Of a DNA stretch of 64,000 bases, positions 28,383 to 41,800 are shown in pieces. The stretch's first letter is position 1; every line of letters starts with the position of its first letter. The translations under genes were made by a program, and so were the position numbers. Below the pieces are notes generated by a model. It ran no database searches. It saw only the letters and a list, made by a program, of their open reading frames with translations, and was not told the DNA's origin. This DNA comes from Balanoglossus misakiensis. Taxonomy: Eukaryota; Animalia; Hemichordata. The DNA is taken from positions 3,367,703 to 3,431,702 of the forward strand of contig CM082577.2 in assembly GCA_040954595.2 (NCBI GenBank). Reading direction: 5' to 3'.

Positions 28383-28688
28383 CCACGGTGGCCAGGTCGT
28401 CCGTTGCGGCAGAAGATGTGATATCGGTCGCCTCTGTTGCGTCGGGCGTCGCCGTAGCGGCTGTGTCCGTGGTGAGGGCGGCCGTTGGCGCTGCACTGCC
28501 TGTGGCGCCGGCGGTTGATGCAGCGGCAGTACCACCGGCGGCAGTACTCTTGACGTCACTAGTTACGACAGCAATTGTTGTGACGTCAGCAGTGGTGCCT
28601 GCGGGTGCGGCAGAAGTTGCCCCGGCAGCCGTTGTTACAGCAACTGTTGACGCTCCCGTCTGTGCACGTACTTTCATCACACAGCACA
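28383..28688 (-). CDS. Mucin-Ly6 GPI protein, coding exon 2 (end of signal peptide and Thr/Ala-rich mucin segment)
   Basis: Polypyrimidine-cag acceptor and GTAGGT donor, phase 1 to 1, 306 nt open. (V)CCVMKVRA/QTGASTVAVTTAAGATS...LATV. Confidence 0.88.
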
Positions 28689-29207
28689 CTGAAATAATGG
28701 AAGACGAAAACAGTCCTCATTTTGGTGACTTTTCCTACATTTTTAAGCGGGTTGAGTTACGCTTATGAAATGAATGGCTTAATACCTGCATGTACATCAG
28801 TATTAGCAGAATACACCCTCAGTACGATACATAAAACCGTCACTTAAAAAAGTTGCCAACAATTATAACAATGCATTTGTGGAATAAAAATGTTCATACA
28901 ACTCTTAGAGTAGCGTGGTTTTAGAAAATAACGAATCGCTGAAAATTCAGGCTTGACGCCCAAGATACGAAGACATGGTCACAAATGATACTCAAGTAAA
29001 ACTGTACAGAGAACCACATAGTTGTGAGGGGAGAGTAAGTGTGGCCTCCGTTGAGAAACAACAGCTGTGAACTTTGCGAACCCTTCTCAAGACGTACGCG
29101 TGACGGTGCACCCAGTCATGAAAACAATTCGACCATCTCTTTTCCCGCCAAAATATTTTTACACCATCAAAAAACTATCACTACCACTGTAATAATCCGA
29201 TGCTTAC

Positions 29208-29250
29208 CCATGGTGATGGCGATGAGTGAACTTTTGAACGAATTCGTCAT
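29208..29250 (-). CDS. Mucin-Ly6 GPI protein, coding exon 1 (signal peptide start)
   Basis: ATG at 29250, MTNSFKSSLIAITM plus G, then GTAAGC donor, phase 1. Joined to the next exon it forms a signal peptide. Full CDS 717 nt, 238 aa. Upstream acceptor at 29276 with CTAAC branch site. Confidence 0.8.
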
Positions 29251-29786
29251 GATGGCCGAGCAGGCTGTGTACTAGCTGTGGGCGTAATGAAATATTTGGT
29301 TAGATGGGAGTATATGTGTGAACGTCCATAGTTGACCGGCGGCTCGTCATAGTTTCTTGGTAAACTTTAATACTGTCCATGTTTGCATTATGATTAAAAC
29401 TAATATTTATGGGGAAAAGTGAAACATCTTAATTAGATGCAGGTATGCGACGGTATAATCAGCTATGCAGACATGACTTATTTACGTTGCTGGAGTTCGA
29501 TTCTGGTCTACAACTGTAGATGTGATAGAAACTGTAGACATTGACAAACAGATGAACGGACTTGAAGAATGGGAAAGGAAGATGCAGGTTTGAAAGACAG
29601 AGGAATATTGACAAACGAGGAAGACGGGCCACTTGCGTATTTGCAAAGAACAAACGTATTAATACCAGTTACAGTCTTAGAAGTCTTGTGAAGACAGGCA
29701 GGCAAGCACTGAGGCGGGCAGACAGACATCAGACAGACCATGGGCGTCCATGGCCAGGCAGGCAGGCACGCAAGCAGACGTACTGT

Positions 29787-29835
29787 AGTCAGTCAGTCAG
29801 TCAGTCAGTCACTAACTCAGTCAGTCAGTCAGTCA
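29787..29835. repeat. (AGTC)n microsatellite
   Basis: Seen directly. Confidence 0.9.
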
Positions 29836-30064
29836 GAGGAATGGTACCGTGCTTCAGAATGTAAGAAACGGGTGTGCTCACTGACTCGTCCGACTCCCAG
29901 ACACACAGACACAAAAAAATCCAACTGAGCAGAGCTGTGCATTTTAGTTGACGGACGATCAACTTCGAGTAATGTCTTGAATCAAATATTAGTCCCTAAG
30001 CTTAGTGCGATATTTTGCAGCAATACGATTTGGAGAATGGAGAGGAAAACTTTATGTTTCTTAC

Positions 30065-30195
30065 CTTCCAGGCGCGTTGTTGCCAAGTACAAATCCAACG
30101 ATGATGCTATGTCGTCTGACTGCACTGGGGACCTTGTGGGGGAGCGACGTGTGCGAAGATCTGTCTGGATTTCCTCCCAGATAAACCCTTTAATA
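30065..30195 (-). promoter_or_regulatory. Putative TATA-like element and non-coding first exon of the mucin-Ly6 gene
   Basis: Minus-strand TATTAAAG (30188-30195), about 100 nt without ATG, then AAG|GTAAGA donor at 30064. Can pair with the acceptor at 29276. Confidence 0.5.
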
Positions 30196-32896
30196 AGTTA
30201 ATTTCACCATGGCGACGAATAAACAAAGTTTAAGTTGTTTGCGTCCGAAGATTTTGGTGGCTGGAATACCAAGTCCAGCAAACGCCCTGGACACGTCCGC
30301 GGGCTTGGAAAGAAAAAGTTGCGGAAGTGATTCGCCGAAGAACCGGATGTATTATATCGCATTTCCGAGTAGAACAGCCAGACGCGAAACTCAGAAATTC
30401 GAGTATTTCATTTTACCGAGGTCAATATAAATTTAACTCTAAGAGGTATCACCATAACAGATAGTGTTGGTATCACGTACGGATTTTATGAAACGTGTGG
30501 TGTTACGCAATGGGCGGACTTTGATCTACCTTGCACCGTTATGCGATTATCGTCATGATCATCGTAACGGTGTTGACAGGTAACATATAAACAACATGTG
30601 TCATGCCGCGTTCGAAATCGCCTAGCACCACGACGATAAGGAGAAACACACAGCGCTATCTTTGTGAGAGTTCGAGTTTATTCCACTGCAGTAAAAAAGT
30701 TTCAAATTTCACTGACCCGGTCAGTACAGGAAAGTACGTCAATAAGATCAGAGAGATATATCTGGATGACGTTTTTATGAGAGATAAGCAATGGGTCTGA
30801 TTCGCCGAGAAACTCGCTGGCGCCGGGATTTTACTCTAAATGTACTCTTTGCCATATATCCACATCACCATGGGGTGATTGAAATAATTTAACAAACACC
30901 AACAAGGCTGAAGGACAGTGAAACCACTCGCATTATACCACGAGAGTGCCTTGAACCTGCAGCAAGGGTGAAATACCGGCTGCTATTGAACTGCATTGAA
31001 AGTTTTCGAGGCACTATCATTGCGAACAATCACAGCTCACTCTTCACACTTGTAGCAGATTTTTTTGTGAATGTAGACACAGATGATCGAAAACAGTTGC
31101 TAACAACAAAAACAACAGTAAACACAAACCCCGAGTGTCTTGAAGTGCTGGCCGACTCAGACTTGAGGAGACACTTCTGTTTATGGGTGAGGCTCACTGG
31201 TACATGATTAATTTGAACTGAGAAAATAGTCATCTATCTCTTGCTATTATATGGACCAACAACACTATTACCACCGTGTGTAAAATATTTCAAAGCCTAC
31301 ACCACCTATCTGTATTAAAAAGCTTTTTGACACTAAGAAATTGTAAGAGCATTCATTATGGCATAGTTAAGGAAACCAACTGTAAAACTGTATTTTTGTC
31401 ATTAATTACAAGACTGGCACCTATTTTAAATTTATCAATTCGTGAATTTATTTTTTGCACGCCCGGGATACTGTAGAAAACTCGACCATATATAATTTCT
31501 GTGGGCAGTGTTTTGTACAGTTACCAGTACAGCTGTGTGCGGGGGATGAATTGATTGTGGATTATGTAACTGTACAAGATAGGAACGGTTGTAAGATCTT
31601 TTCCGATTCATAATAATTAACACCATATAAATATTTTCGTGATTTGATATAATTAGTTAAGGGACTGGCCATTTTTTTTGCCTGACTCAGACGGGTGTTT
31701 CTGGTACGGGTAATCTTTGGACTTCAAGCGAGTTCAGATCAGTTGGGGGTTATCTCAGTCGAAACTTGACACCTAAAGTCGGAGAGGGGTCACTGCGATA
31801 TATCCAAGGCTTAATCCCACCATCAATTTTCTTTTCACTTTGGATGTCAACTCGTATTGCCACGATACCAATGACTGGTATGGTTTGGCTACGTCGTTAT
31901 ATTTGTGCCTCGGGTTATATAAAGACGTATTAGTCCCCCCCCCCCCGACAATCGCCAATCACATACATGTATTGTATATAAACACACATGCTAAGTACAG
32001 TATATCCGATTACTGCGACGGTTTCGTAAAGCTTAGCTTCTGATGTCAGAAACGCAGTAGATTTATTCAAAATATAAACTGGTTGGAATAATTAATATAT
32101 CAAAATTCCCATGAGTCATCAAGCCACACATCACTATGCCTTATAACATTACAATCAGATTAGTACAATCAACGTAATACTGTGCGTTGTCAAAACGACC
32201 AAACATTTGTCGCTAACCTTTGAGGGCGCTACATCCCTTAGATGCCCATTTGAGGCAGATATACCGATCTTTCTTCGGCCTCACAACTATATAAGTTTTC
32301 CAATTTTTCTCTGCTATTCAAAGATTTGACATTGACTCTTTAATATGGTAGAGAGCATCAAAAGGATTTATACAATACACGGTCTTAGTGTGTATAGTCG
32401 GGGCACAGCACCTCCAAAACCAGGAGATGAAAGACAATACACGCCAACGAACCATGCTACATACAGAAAACGGAATGAAAAAAACACTGATACAACCCAT
32501 GAGTCTTGACTGCTATTATAAAATTATTAAAATCACAATTCTTTCTGGTGGAAGAAAGTGACGATCGTACTGTATCGTTTTGTGAAGATAAAATTCGATG
32601 GAAGAATACACTTTTTATGCGGTGGCATGAGTCTCGATATGTCAGAGGAGCACTCCTCAATAAATTGGTAGTACATCTTTGCGGGACTATATAACTATTT
32701 CCGACGACTTTTTACATTATTTTAGACATTTGATAGCGCTCATCAGTAGAACAATGCGTTCAAACGTCGTTTGAGCTAAATGACGCCTTTTAATAGAAAA
32801 TTTCACTTGAGGTAACGGGGAATTATTATTTGGTGATGGTGATGGCGACGGTATATCAGTGGTATTTGCTCGTTCGCTCTCACCAGCGCCTCTTCT

Positions 32897-32994
32897 TCAC
32901 TGCATGCATCCGACGACCATGATAATTGTACACAGCATCGATACCAACACAAGAGGGCTCCCTCTGCGATGGTCTTGACCGCTCCCAAGATTCT
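32897..32994 (-). CDS. GPI-anchored mucin-like protein, last coding exon (GPI signal)
   Basis: Acceptor tgtttgtgccgcag, phase 1. Encodes (E)NLGSGQDHRRGSPLVLVSMLCTIIMVVGCMQ*: small-residue omega region, spacer and terminal hydrophobic tail. Confidence 0.75.
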
Positions 32995-33038
32995 CTGCGG
33001 CACAAACAGACACAAATCAGACACTGATCGTTTACAAG

Positions 33039-33337
33039 TATCTATCTACATCTATTGATCTATCTATCTATCTAGCTACATGTATCTATATCTAGCTATC
33101 TATCATTTATTCATCTATCATTTCATTCAGCCAGCCAGCCAGCCAGCCGTTCAAAGTTCATTCATTCATTCATTCATTCATTCATTCATTCATTCATTCA
33201 TTCATTCATTCATTCATTCATTCATTCATTCATTCATTCATTCATTCATTCATTCATTCATTCATTCATCGATTCATCATAAATTCATTCATCCTTTCGT
33301 TTATATATCCATCCATCCATCTATCTATCCATCCATC
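33039..33337. repeat. Compound (CTAT)n/(CCAG)n/(ATTC)n/(CCAT)n microsatellite (intronic)
   Basis: Long pure (ATTC)n block at about 33157-33268. Confidence 0.95.
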
Positions 33338-34538
33338 CTCCATTGGTCCTCCATGCACTTGTATTAACACAATTAAAAATATTTTCTTTCCTGTTTGACA
33401 AGTTAGACTTCATTTTAATGCATACCCCTTTTCTCTAGCGACACTACCGATCTCTGTCAAATTGTGACATGCATTATTGTTCATGCCGAAAATTCCTCAA
33501 AATTACTTTACCTACACTTCGTTCGATCGTTCGCTAGCTGGCGTCCACCGGACCTCTGCCCTCGTTCTTTTTGCTGTCACCGCTTTTTGTGCCAGTCACT
33601 GGACGGCGTTTTAGTCGACAACCGGTGGGGGCGACGATCGGTCGGCGTGCCAGAGATGGCCGCCAGTAGCTGCTACCACGATCCGCACGCTCAATTCATT
33701 TGCCGAGTTGTCAAGATATCGCATATTAAAGCGCTGCGACGCGTACACGATCCAGCTAATTTCAAATGCGTGCTACCGAGTCCAATACATTGGCAATCAA
33801 GCCCAGGTGCGGTGTGGCACACCTGCGTTTCATGCCTGGAATATACGTCACGCAAAAGTGCTTGCGTAATAACATATAACCCAGGGGTACTGAACTATGG
33901 TCTGGAATGTTCTCACACTCGAAAACGTGCGTTCGTCTGTTTGTCCGTCTGTCGACGAACACTGACGACATTCTTATACCATGTGACTGATAATCGGACA
34001 GTGCACGTGTTGGTGCCGATTCTGGTGGAGTTTCAGATTTACATAAACATGCTTTTCACGGTGCGGGGTGCGGGGTGCGGTGTTTCGTGCTAAGACCACG
34101 GGGTCATTTACCTTTGAGAAAGCTTCTTGTAACCTGCCCTGCGGTGGGCGCTGAGATTTACAAATATTACAAGTAAAAATGTTGGACAGACAGCCAAATA
34201 GAGCACGCGGCGGGCAAGTGAAAACGGGCCGCCATGCACGTACATTACGTCAATAAGCTACATTCATTTTTTTATCGTTGAATATCGTTGCCAGGTTACG
34301 TGGACTCCACGACTTACCCGCAAACTTCCCGGGGAAGCCAAGGCAAGGTATTTCTATTAAAATGGTGTCGGTGAATCAACCAAAATCTTACGTCTATCAA
34401 TTAATCCGTCTTGCTCGGCTATGCTTTCAGTTGACTAACCTGGACTATGTTTTCGTCGAAATCATTCACAAAGCCCATTTTCGATCTCTACTTGCGGTCA
34501 AAGTGACGACTGTGTGAATCATATCGTTCGTTAATCGA

Positions 34539-34655
34539 TCCATCCATCCACCCACACATCTGTCCAGCCAAACAGCCAACCAGCCACAAATACCCACCTG
34601 TCATTACATTCCACCCTCCCACCCACTCATCAATCCATCCATCCATCCATCCACC
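34539..34655. repeat. (CCAT)n/(CCAN)n degenerate microsatellite
   Basis: Seen directly. Confidence 0.75.
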
Positions 34656-34873
34656 CTGGCCTGTACCCGGTTTTGGTTCAGAGGTGGTAATCATAGTTAC
34701 ACGAATAACAAAGACTAAACACGGGATCAGGAGGTGCCAAGAGAAATTGAATTGATTAATCGTCTACTACATGTACATTTGAATTTCAAACTGTGGGTGC
34801 AAGTGTGCTGTTTACCAGGCATTCTACAAGACAGCGCCTACTAGTACTTAATCCATTGATGAAAACGCCTTAC

Positions 34874-35638
34874 CTGTTGCAGAATCTGCCGTCGAAGTTG
34901 CCGTAGTCGTGGCTGCGGTCGTCGTCGCTGCTGTTGTTGTTATTGCTGTTGTTGTTGTGGCTGCTGCTGTTGTTGTTGCTGTTGCTGTTGCTGTGCTCAC
35001 TACCTGAGTTGCAGTTGAAGGAATTTCGGTTGGTGTGTTGGTGAGCGTCGGCGTGTGCGAAGCTGTAGACTCGGCATCAGTCGATGTCTCCGTATTCGTC
35101 GCATCTGCCGCGGTACCCGTTATTGCGGTGGTTGCCGCCGGTGTTGTCGTGGTGTCGCCGCTAGTGGCGGTGGCGGTGGCTTGCGAGGAAACAGTTGACA
35201 TGGTTGATGTAAGTGCCCCGGCCGTCGCGCCGTCTGTAGTGAACGTTGGTTCCATCGTCGTTACAGCGCCACTGGTTGGGCGGGCCTGGGACGTGCGCGA
35301 AGCCGGGGTCTGTTGCCGCGTGGTGGCTGCTGCAACGGTAGACGCTCCGTCCGTTGCCCACCAGGTTGTTTCCACCGCCGTCGTCACGGAAGCCCGCGAC
35401 GTAGCTGCTGCAGCAGTGGTTGGATTCCCGCTTGTCGTGGCCGCATTGTGGACTGTAGTGTCCGCCGGGGTCGTGGCCTTACCGGTTGGGTCAGCGGCAG
35501 TTGTTGCGGCGGCTGTCGACGGCTGGTCGACGGTGACTACTACAGTGGTAGCAGCCTGACTGGTTGCGTCTGCTGTTGTCACTGTTGGTATGGTACTTGC
35601 GATTGTGGTGGTTTGTACAGAAGTAACAAATATCAGTC
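34874..35638 (-). CDS. GPI-anchored mucin-like protein, coding exon 2 (end of signal peptide and about 245-aa Thr/Ala-rich mucin domain)
   Basis: Long polypyrimidine tract with aag acceptor, CAG|GTAAGG donor, phase 1 to 1, 765 nt open. (G)LIFVTSVQTTTIASTIPTVTTADATSQAATT...STADSAT. Confidence 0.88.
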
Positions 35639-35792
35639 CTTGAACGAACGAACGAATTAAAAAGAAAAAAAGAAAAGAAAATATAAGTGCGTAACACAGG
35701 GTTGTTCAAATTTAAGATGCAATTGATTTTGGAATTCCAATTACAAACTGCAACAGATTTTTTCCAGATTATAGGACGTGTATCCCACTTAC

Positions 35793-35823
35793 CAACGAGA
35801 ATAATTGATGACATTTTCGTCAT
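35793..35823 (-). CDS. GPI-anchored mucin-like protein, coding exon 1 (signal peptide start)
   Basis: MTKMSSIILV plus G, GTAAGT donor, phase 1. TATATAAA on the minus strand at 35856-35863. Full three-exon CDS 894 nt, 297 aa. Confidence 0.8.
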
Positions 35824-38800
35824 ACCGTCTCCTTTCCAACGTTGTCGATGGTCAATTTATATATGAATGTAACTTATATCCGTCCACTGAGATAGATGAC
35901 TTCAGAATTTCTAGAAACAAAAAATCACTGTGAGGTTAGAAGGCTGCTGTTGGACAGTCGTTTTCGCTGAAAACGTCAACAATTTTCTGGCTGCCGATGG
36001 TTTTGCACGGAAGGTCATTCATGAACTATTGAAGACAAGAAAAAAAACGCGGAATTCTGATACACGATAAATGGTAAAGAATTAAGAAATATAAATCACG
36101 TCGAATTTATATATGTCCATTAGCGGTAAAATGAATGTGAACTAGTCCGATCTATTGCCCACTTTTTTCGCGCGGCCACTGTGATTGGCTAGATCTCAAC
36201 TCTCCATGGTAACTGTGGGCTAAACGCGCATACGTGACCGTATACCTCTTAACTTCTGCATTAGTGTGTGTAGTTCGAACCGCACAGTACACTGACAGTG
36301 AATTTTCGCCCACATGAAGCGATAGTTTCGGCGTTTACTGTAATCCACGGCGCTGCCCGGCAACCAAGGCTGCCACGGAGACAGTGACGCAGACTTCGAA
36401 TCAAAACGTCTCGCGTCTCAAGTTGGAAACAAAAGCAGAGAAAGAAACCGACGAAATTCATACCGAATTTTTAAAAGAAGATATCTTCGCCCAGAGCAAA
36501 ATCTCTTAGTGGAAGAAGCTCCCACCGATGAGAAAAGTCAAAGCATGTTTAATCCTGTCACCGTGAGGTTTGACAGAGGCATTTGGTGTGAAAAAGTTGT
36601 ACTCCGCTGTCCCACGCTGAGGTCAACACAAAGATATTCTGCTGCAGGCATTTGAACTTAACGTGTACTTGTTTTTCTCCCGGCTACATTCCGACAAGCA
36701 TACAGAAGTGGTCGCATGTTACACGAATTTCTGTTTTAAGAACATTGCTTTGTCACAAATTAGATCAATCCAGTTTCCCAATAGAATTCGCTCGGTCCAG
36801 TTCAATAAGGAAACCCCCGGCGATGTAATCTTTCCGTGCTCAAATTTCTTGTGGGTCACTATAACGCCAAGCTAGGTTGATCTGAATTAAGCGGTGATGG
36901 ACCGAAAGACGAAGAAGATTATCGATGTCATCGGGTGAATAAATACATGTAAGTACATGTACTTCTTTGATCTTACTCGTTTTATTTTTATTCCTGTCGA
37001 TGTGTGGGGAAATGTGGCGGTGGGGGGGGGGGAGATCAAGAGAATTAAAATGCATAATTTATCAAACGAGCGGCACAGGTTGCAAAGAGTGTGTCTCCAG
37101 TCGTTTGGAAAGGTGGATAATATACGGATTGTCGATTTCTTTTAATTGAACAACGGCTTTGGGCATTTTTTCAACTGCGGTGAAATTAATAACCCGGAGA
37201 GACTCTGTCTGAATGGGGATGTCGATTGATGAAAGTTTCACCACTTGGGGACGTCGCGCATCTTCGTTTATGAGTCAAACGGATGGTAATACGACATGCG
37301 TTCTGCGAACTTTTTGAAAGGAAGCGCAGGTGTCAAATTAACAGCGTCTGCTATCACCATGACAACAGTGGTGAACTGCTGTGAGGATCAAGATCTCTTG
37401 TTAGGCCGAAGAATGCTCAGTGTGTTCCACTAACATTAAAATTACAGCATTTTAAGGGTGTTATATTAATATCGAGAAGAAAAAAACTGAATCTCGGGTC
37501 GGTTATTGCCACACGCCCTTCCATAATTATAACACTGCATAGCCAAACGAAATCTCGCAGGGTCTCGTTGCGGCCGTGCGAAGTTCTTAGTTCTCGGGGC
37601 AGTACCCAAAAGAGATCCTGGTTCTTGGAGTGTACACACGTCACTACATCGAAACATCAGTTGCCTGTATTCATCAATAAGTCACGTTTGGGCGTGATAT
37701 GGTGAACAAGCGCATGGTCGGTCGATTTTGTAGGGAGTTGAAAATGTGTTTATATTTTAACGCGTCCGCCACAAAGTTATTCGATTTAAAGTGTTTAATA
37801 ATTGATTAACCGCGTCACAACTTACGTTTAATGGTCCGTGGCTATCTCAAAAAGCAATATTATTGTTTCTAAAACAGTCGGTTTGTTAGTGTTTTCATTT
37901 TATCGCGATGCGCGTCAAGGTGATGGATGGATTTGCGTCTATGAAAGGACCACGGGATTCCAGCGAAACGCAACAATGAGAAGGGGAAAAGATGTCCAAT
38001 GCCTATTTAGATTAAACTAATTGCGTTATATCAAGTCAACAGGTGTGTTCAATTATATTAACGAGTGGAATGTTGAAAAAGAATTGCGTCTTGCATTACG
38101 GATGACTTTTTTTCCAGTTTCATGGCTTCGCCGTTGCTATGGAAGCCAGTCCTAATTCGCAAAACTGATTAACCATAGCCCTACTTTTTCATTCCTTGAT
38201 CAGTTTGCGTATTTTTAGCTTTACGCAAACGAATAGTTGAGGACTTAGCCACGCCTTTTCAACCATATAAGGTCATATGTAAAATCTATTCCTTGAGCTC
38301 CGTCACTGAAAAATTGTGTCGTCATTGGCAACGTCTGTGTCAACAATGAGCAGTGTTACAGTGAACTTGCGCAAACGGCTTGTCGACGTGTTGCGTATCA
38401 CGGCAGCTATAGACTGACACGCGTTCACTTTGAGAATAAAATTATTTTAGCCCAACCCCCCCCCCCCCCCCCCCAGCCTGCATAGCGTGTTAAACTTAAG
38501 GTCAGGGTACACGTATGATCTGCCTAGTTTACGAAGAGGACGTTGTACTTCTCTCGTGATCCGCGAAATGTCAACCTCGTCGCTCCATCATTCTCAGTGG
38601 TGGCACTTTGACATTCGGTCCGACGGACCACGAAAGCAACATCACTTCCTGGCCTTCTCCTTTGCATATTGTTTTTCCCGCGGTTTCTATGATTACGGCA
38701 CGTTGATCTGTCGGCAGCTGGGGTGGAAAGTGATTTCGCCGTCGCGCCAATGGTATTTCACTTAAGAAATCCGAGAAACGACCATGCTTGGCTGGACAGA

Positions 38801-41800
38801 AATTCAAAAGCAACGAAGTCATGGGGGTATCAAGATCCCTATAAAAAGTGTTTGTACCGCCAGGTCACCAGGAAACTTACGTACCTTGCCACATATTTCC
38901 ACAAAATTAATCTCATGACCTAAAGTACTTTCCCTCCGTAAAGTTGCGAAATGTTTGCATTTCTGCCAAAGTTCTGTCAAAGGTCGCCCTCGGATCGAAA
39001 CAGCTTATGTAGGTAATACTGATAGACGGTAGCAAGTCATGATCAGACTTTTGTTGATAAACGTCTACAGCACAAGTTCTTTTGAAATCGTCCACTTTGT
39101 GTAAAGTGTGAAGAAAAAAACTTTCAAAGTTAGTGGGCCGACTTCTGTTTGCTTGAAATTCACGCCCGAGGCAATTAATCTACATATATACATGTACGTG
39201 TGAAATTTCATCTTTTCATATCTCGTGTACCATAATTATGTAGGCCTAAGTTTGCTACATGTACCAGTAGGCATACGGTGTCAGCGGTCAGTCACTGGAA
39301 GTTCGAGAAACGAGTAAAAAAAATATCACGATATTGAAAGAGTACGAGGAATGTCAACTTCCCAATGAGAACACGAACTATGGATCCATTCATTTGATCC
39401 CCACTCCGTGATATCCGTGTGAGATTTGATCTAATGAGACCGATCACGGCACGTATGTGTGGCCTTAGTCATCGATACCGTACCGCCATTTTAAAGTATT
39501 TAAAGGTTGCTGTGCTAAAAATTCTTGCCTGGATGAGGATCGTAAGAGGGAAACTTGAAATTTTAACCAATTAAAGGCTTTGTTCCGCCGCTCGGGTTTC
39601 TGAATTTTTTGTTGCCATAGTACTCAACTCTTCCTGCAAAAGGTTAAGTAGCTATAAGGTATCGACCCAGTCCAGCATTACTTCTCGAAATCATCATGCA
39701 GAAACGCTTGAGAAACTTTGACAACAGAATGACAAACGATGGAAAGTCGTGACTTGTTCCATCGAAAACATTTACCTTGTTTCCGCAATTCCTGAGAAAT
39801 GTTAGACGATGGTTTACAAGAAATATACCGCCACGGTTCAATGGAGGTTGATACATCGACATAACGTAAACGAAACTGCGCGCGGCGCATATTTTCATAC
39901 GAATGTTTCACTTGCATCGTTCTGCACTTAGTTTTCTAAGGCCAGCAGGCGTTTGCAGAATAGTTAAATCTACATTCTAAGGAGAAAAGATAACTTATAA
40001 ACATTTCAGCACCCCACGATTGCATGTGAAATGTCTTTCCACAAACTACCTAACAAGCACCGACCCGACCAACCGCTTTGCCGCCAAAACAGTCAGACGC
40101 TTGACACTTTCCTAGAAAAGACCCCGTACAGGTTTGGGTCAAATGTCGTAATCTTTACATAGAAACAATCGTGGTGAATCGGTGCACATTTCACAAAAAT
40201 TATGAAAAGGACACGTATTCGTTTAGTGTTACAACCAAGTTCATAGCCGCTGCCAAATAGATTCGCAGTAAAAAGTGTAGTCGAGCAGGCAGCGGCACGT
40301 GCCAATGACTAATGATCTTTCCATGATACCAAAGTTTGCATCAGTTTAAAAAAAAGTGCACGCGCCGTCTCTGTCGCCAGCCCTTGAAATAAATGTTGTT
40401 AGAGTTTCCGGAATCTCAGAGACTCCACTTTTTGTCATGTGTATACTATTATAACTGAGGGCGCGGATGGCCTCAAAAACTCAGTTTCACTTAACCCGTT
40501 TCAGTGTTTTAAATCGGTCATGTCAATGGGACCTATAGCAGGAAACAGCGTAACTCATCTCTGACTTGTTGACGACATATCGGTCTTCCCGCCCTGACGA
40601 ACTTTCATCAACGAGGGAGTACGATATCTGACCTACCTGGACAGAGGGAGTGTCGAAGTGGCCTCTCAATTAAACAAACACACACGGTTTGGTGAAATCC
40701 ACAGTTGATTCTGCCGTCCCGTTTGACGTGAACTCAGTATCCGCTTTGGGGTGCGCCCGGTACAAGGAGGTGAGAGAATTGACCTACTATATTAGACCGA
40801 TCTGTCAACAAGCGCTTTTAAAGTCACACCAGCCCCGGTTACCGCGGTTACTGAAAACAAACTGGGAGCCTCAACTTCGGCGCAATAATTGATCAGGAAG
40901 GTGTTTCGGTGACGGTTATGACGGTGTGAGTTCGCAGAATGCCAGTGCCCTCAAGACAAACACAAGACATCTCTATGACAACTCTCTGGTCTCAGAATTT
41001 TCTTGCGAACACGTGACACAATCACTATGGTAAAGTTTCTTTTTAAAAGTCGAGTTCCATAACACATCATTCTCGTTTTTAACACTTTGTTCTTATTTTC
41101 ATTTTATTTGAGATCCGTCTCCCGTAGCAACGTTGACAGTGTAAAAATGAAAATGTGTGTGATTGTATTTTTTCAATAAAGCGTTCTCGGGCTGTCCAGT
41201 TCACACACTGGGCTTTATGAACATTTCCGATCTAAATTTTGTCGGCCCTATTTTCCAGGCGTCTCTGCAATATGTGTGAAATGTGAGGCAGGGAACGCGC
41301 GGGAAAAAGATTAGGTGATGGGGTCAAATCTGCCCATGTAGATGTTGAAATAGAGACGGGGCAGTTTTCACTTCGTCACGGCTGTGTCTGGCCGATGCTG
41401 GGTACGCGGAAACGTCCATGGCTATACTTTCATTTCTCTCCGTTCTTCGAATGCAAATCAAAGTGTGCTGATCCGAGCGACAGGTTGAATAATTCTGATC
41501 AATCGATTATGTCTGGTCATTTCATTTTACAGGCTGTGTGATCTATATTGGATGGAAATATTTGACATTTTATTAAACACACATTCACAGACAGATGAAG
41601 GGGAAACGAAATTCCGGATACTTGATCAAGACGATATTTCCCTTTTTGCATTTTGTATAAATATGTCCTCATTTGTTGAAACAGAGTACAAGTATATGTA
41701 AACTAAATTTTACTCCTTATAACTGAACGCCAGTACTGTCACGCCACTATTATTTGTCCACAGACATTCCGGGAATGGAATTTCAGCAAAACTCGGCGAC

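Noticed and set aside
33464-34093. 209-aa plus-strand ORF, and search for Ly6 exons in this intron
   Set aside because: No domain or coding signature. No CYxC or CCxxDxCN exon found on the minus strand.
35035-35559. Val/Ala-rich plus-strand ORFs here and at 28355-28768
   Set aside because: Antisense shadows of the Thr/Ala mucin exons. The splice signals support the minus strand.
37280-37405. NCCEDQDL resembling a Ly6 C-terminus
   Set aside because: It needs several frameshifts, lacks the terminal CN, and has no supporting splice structure.
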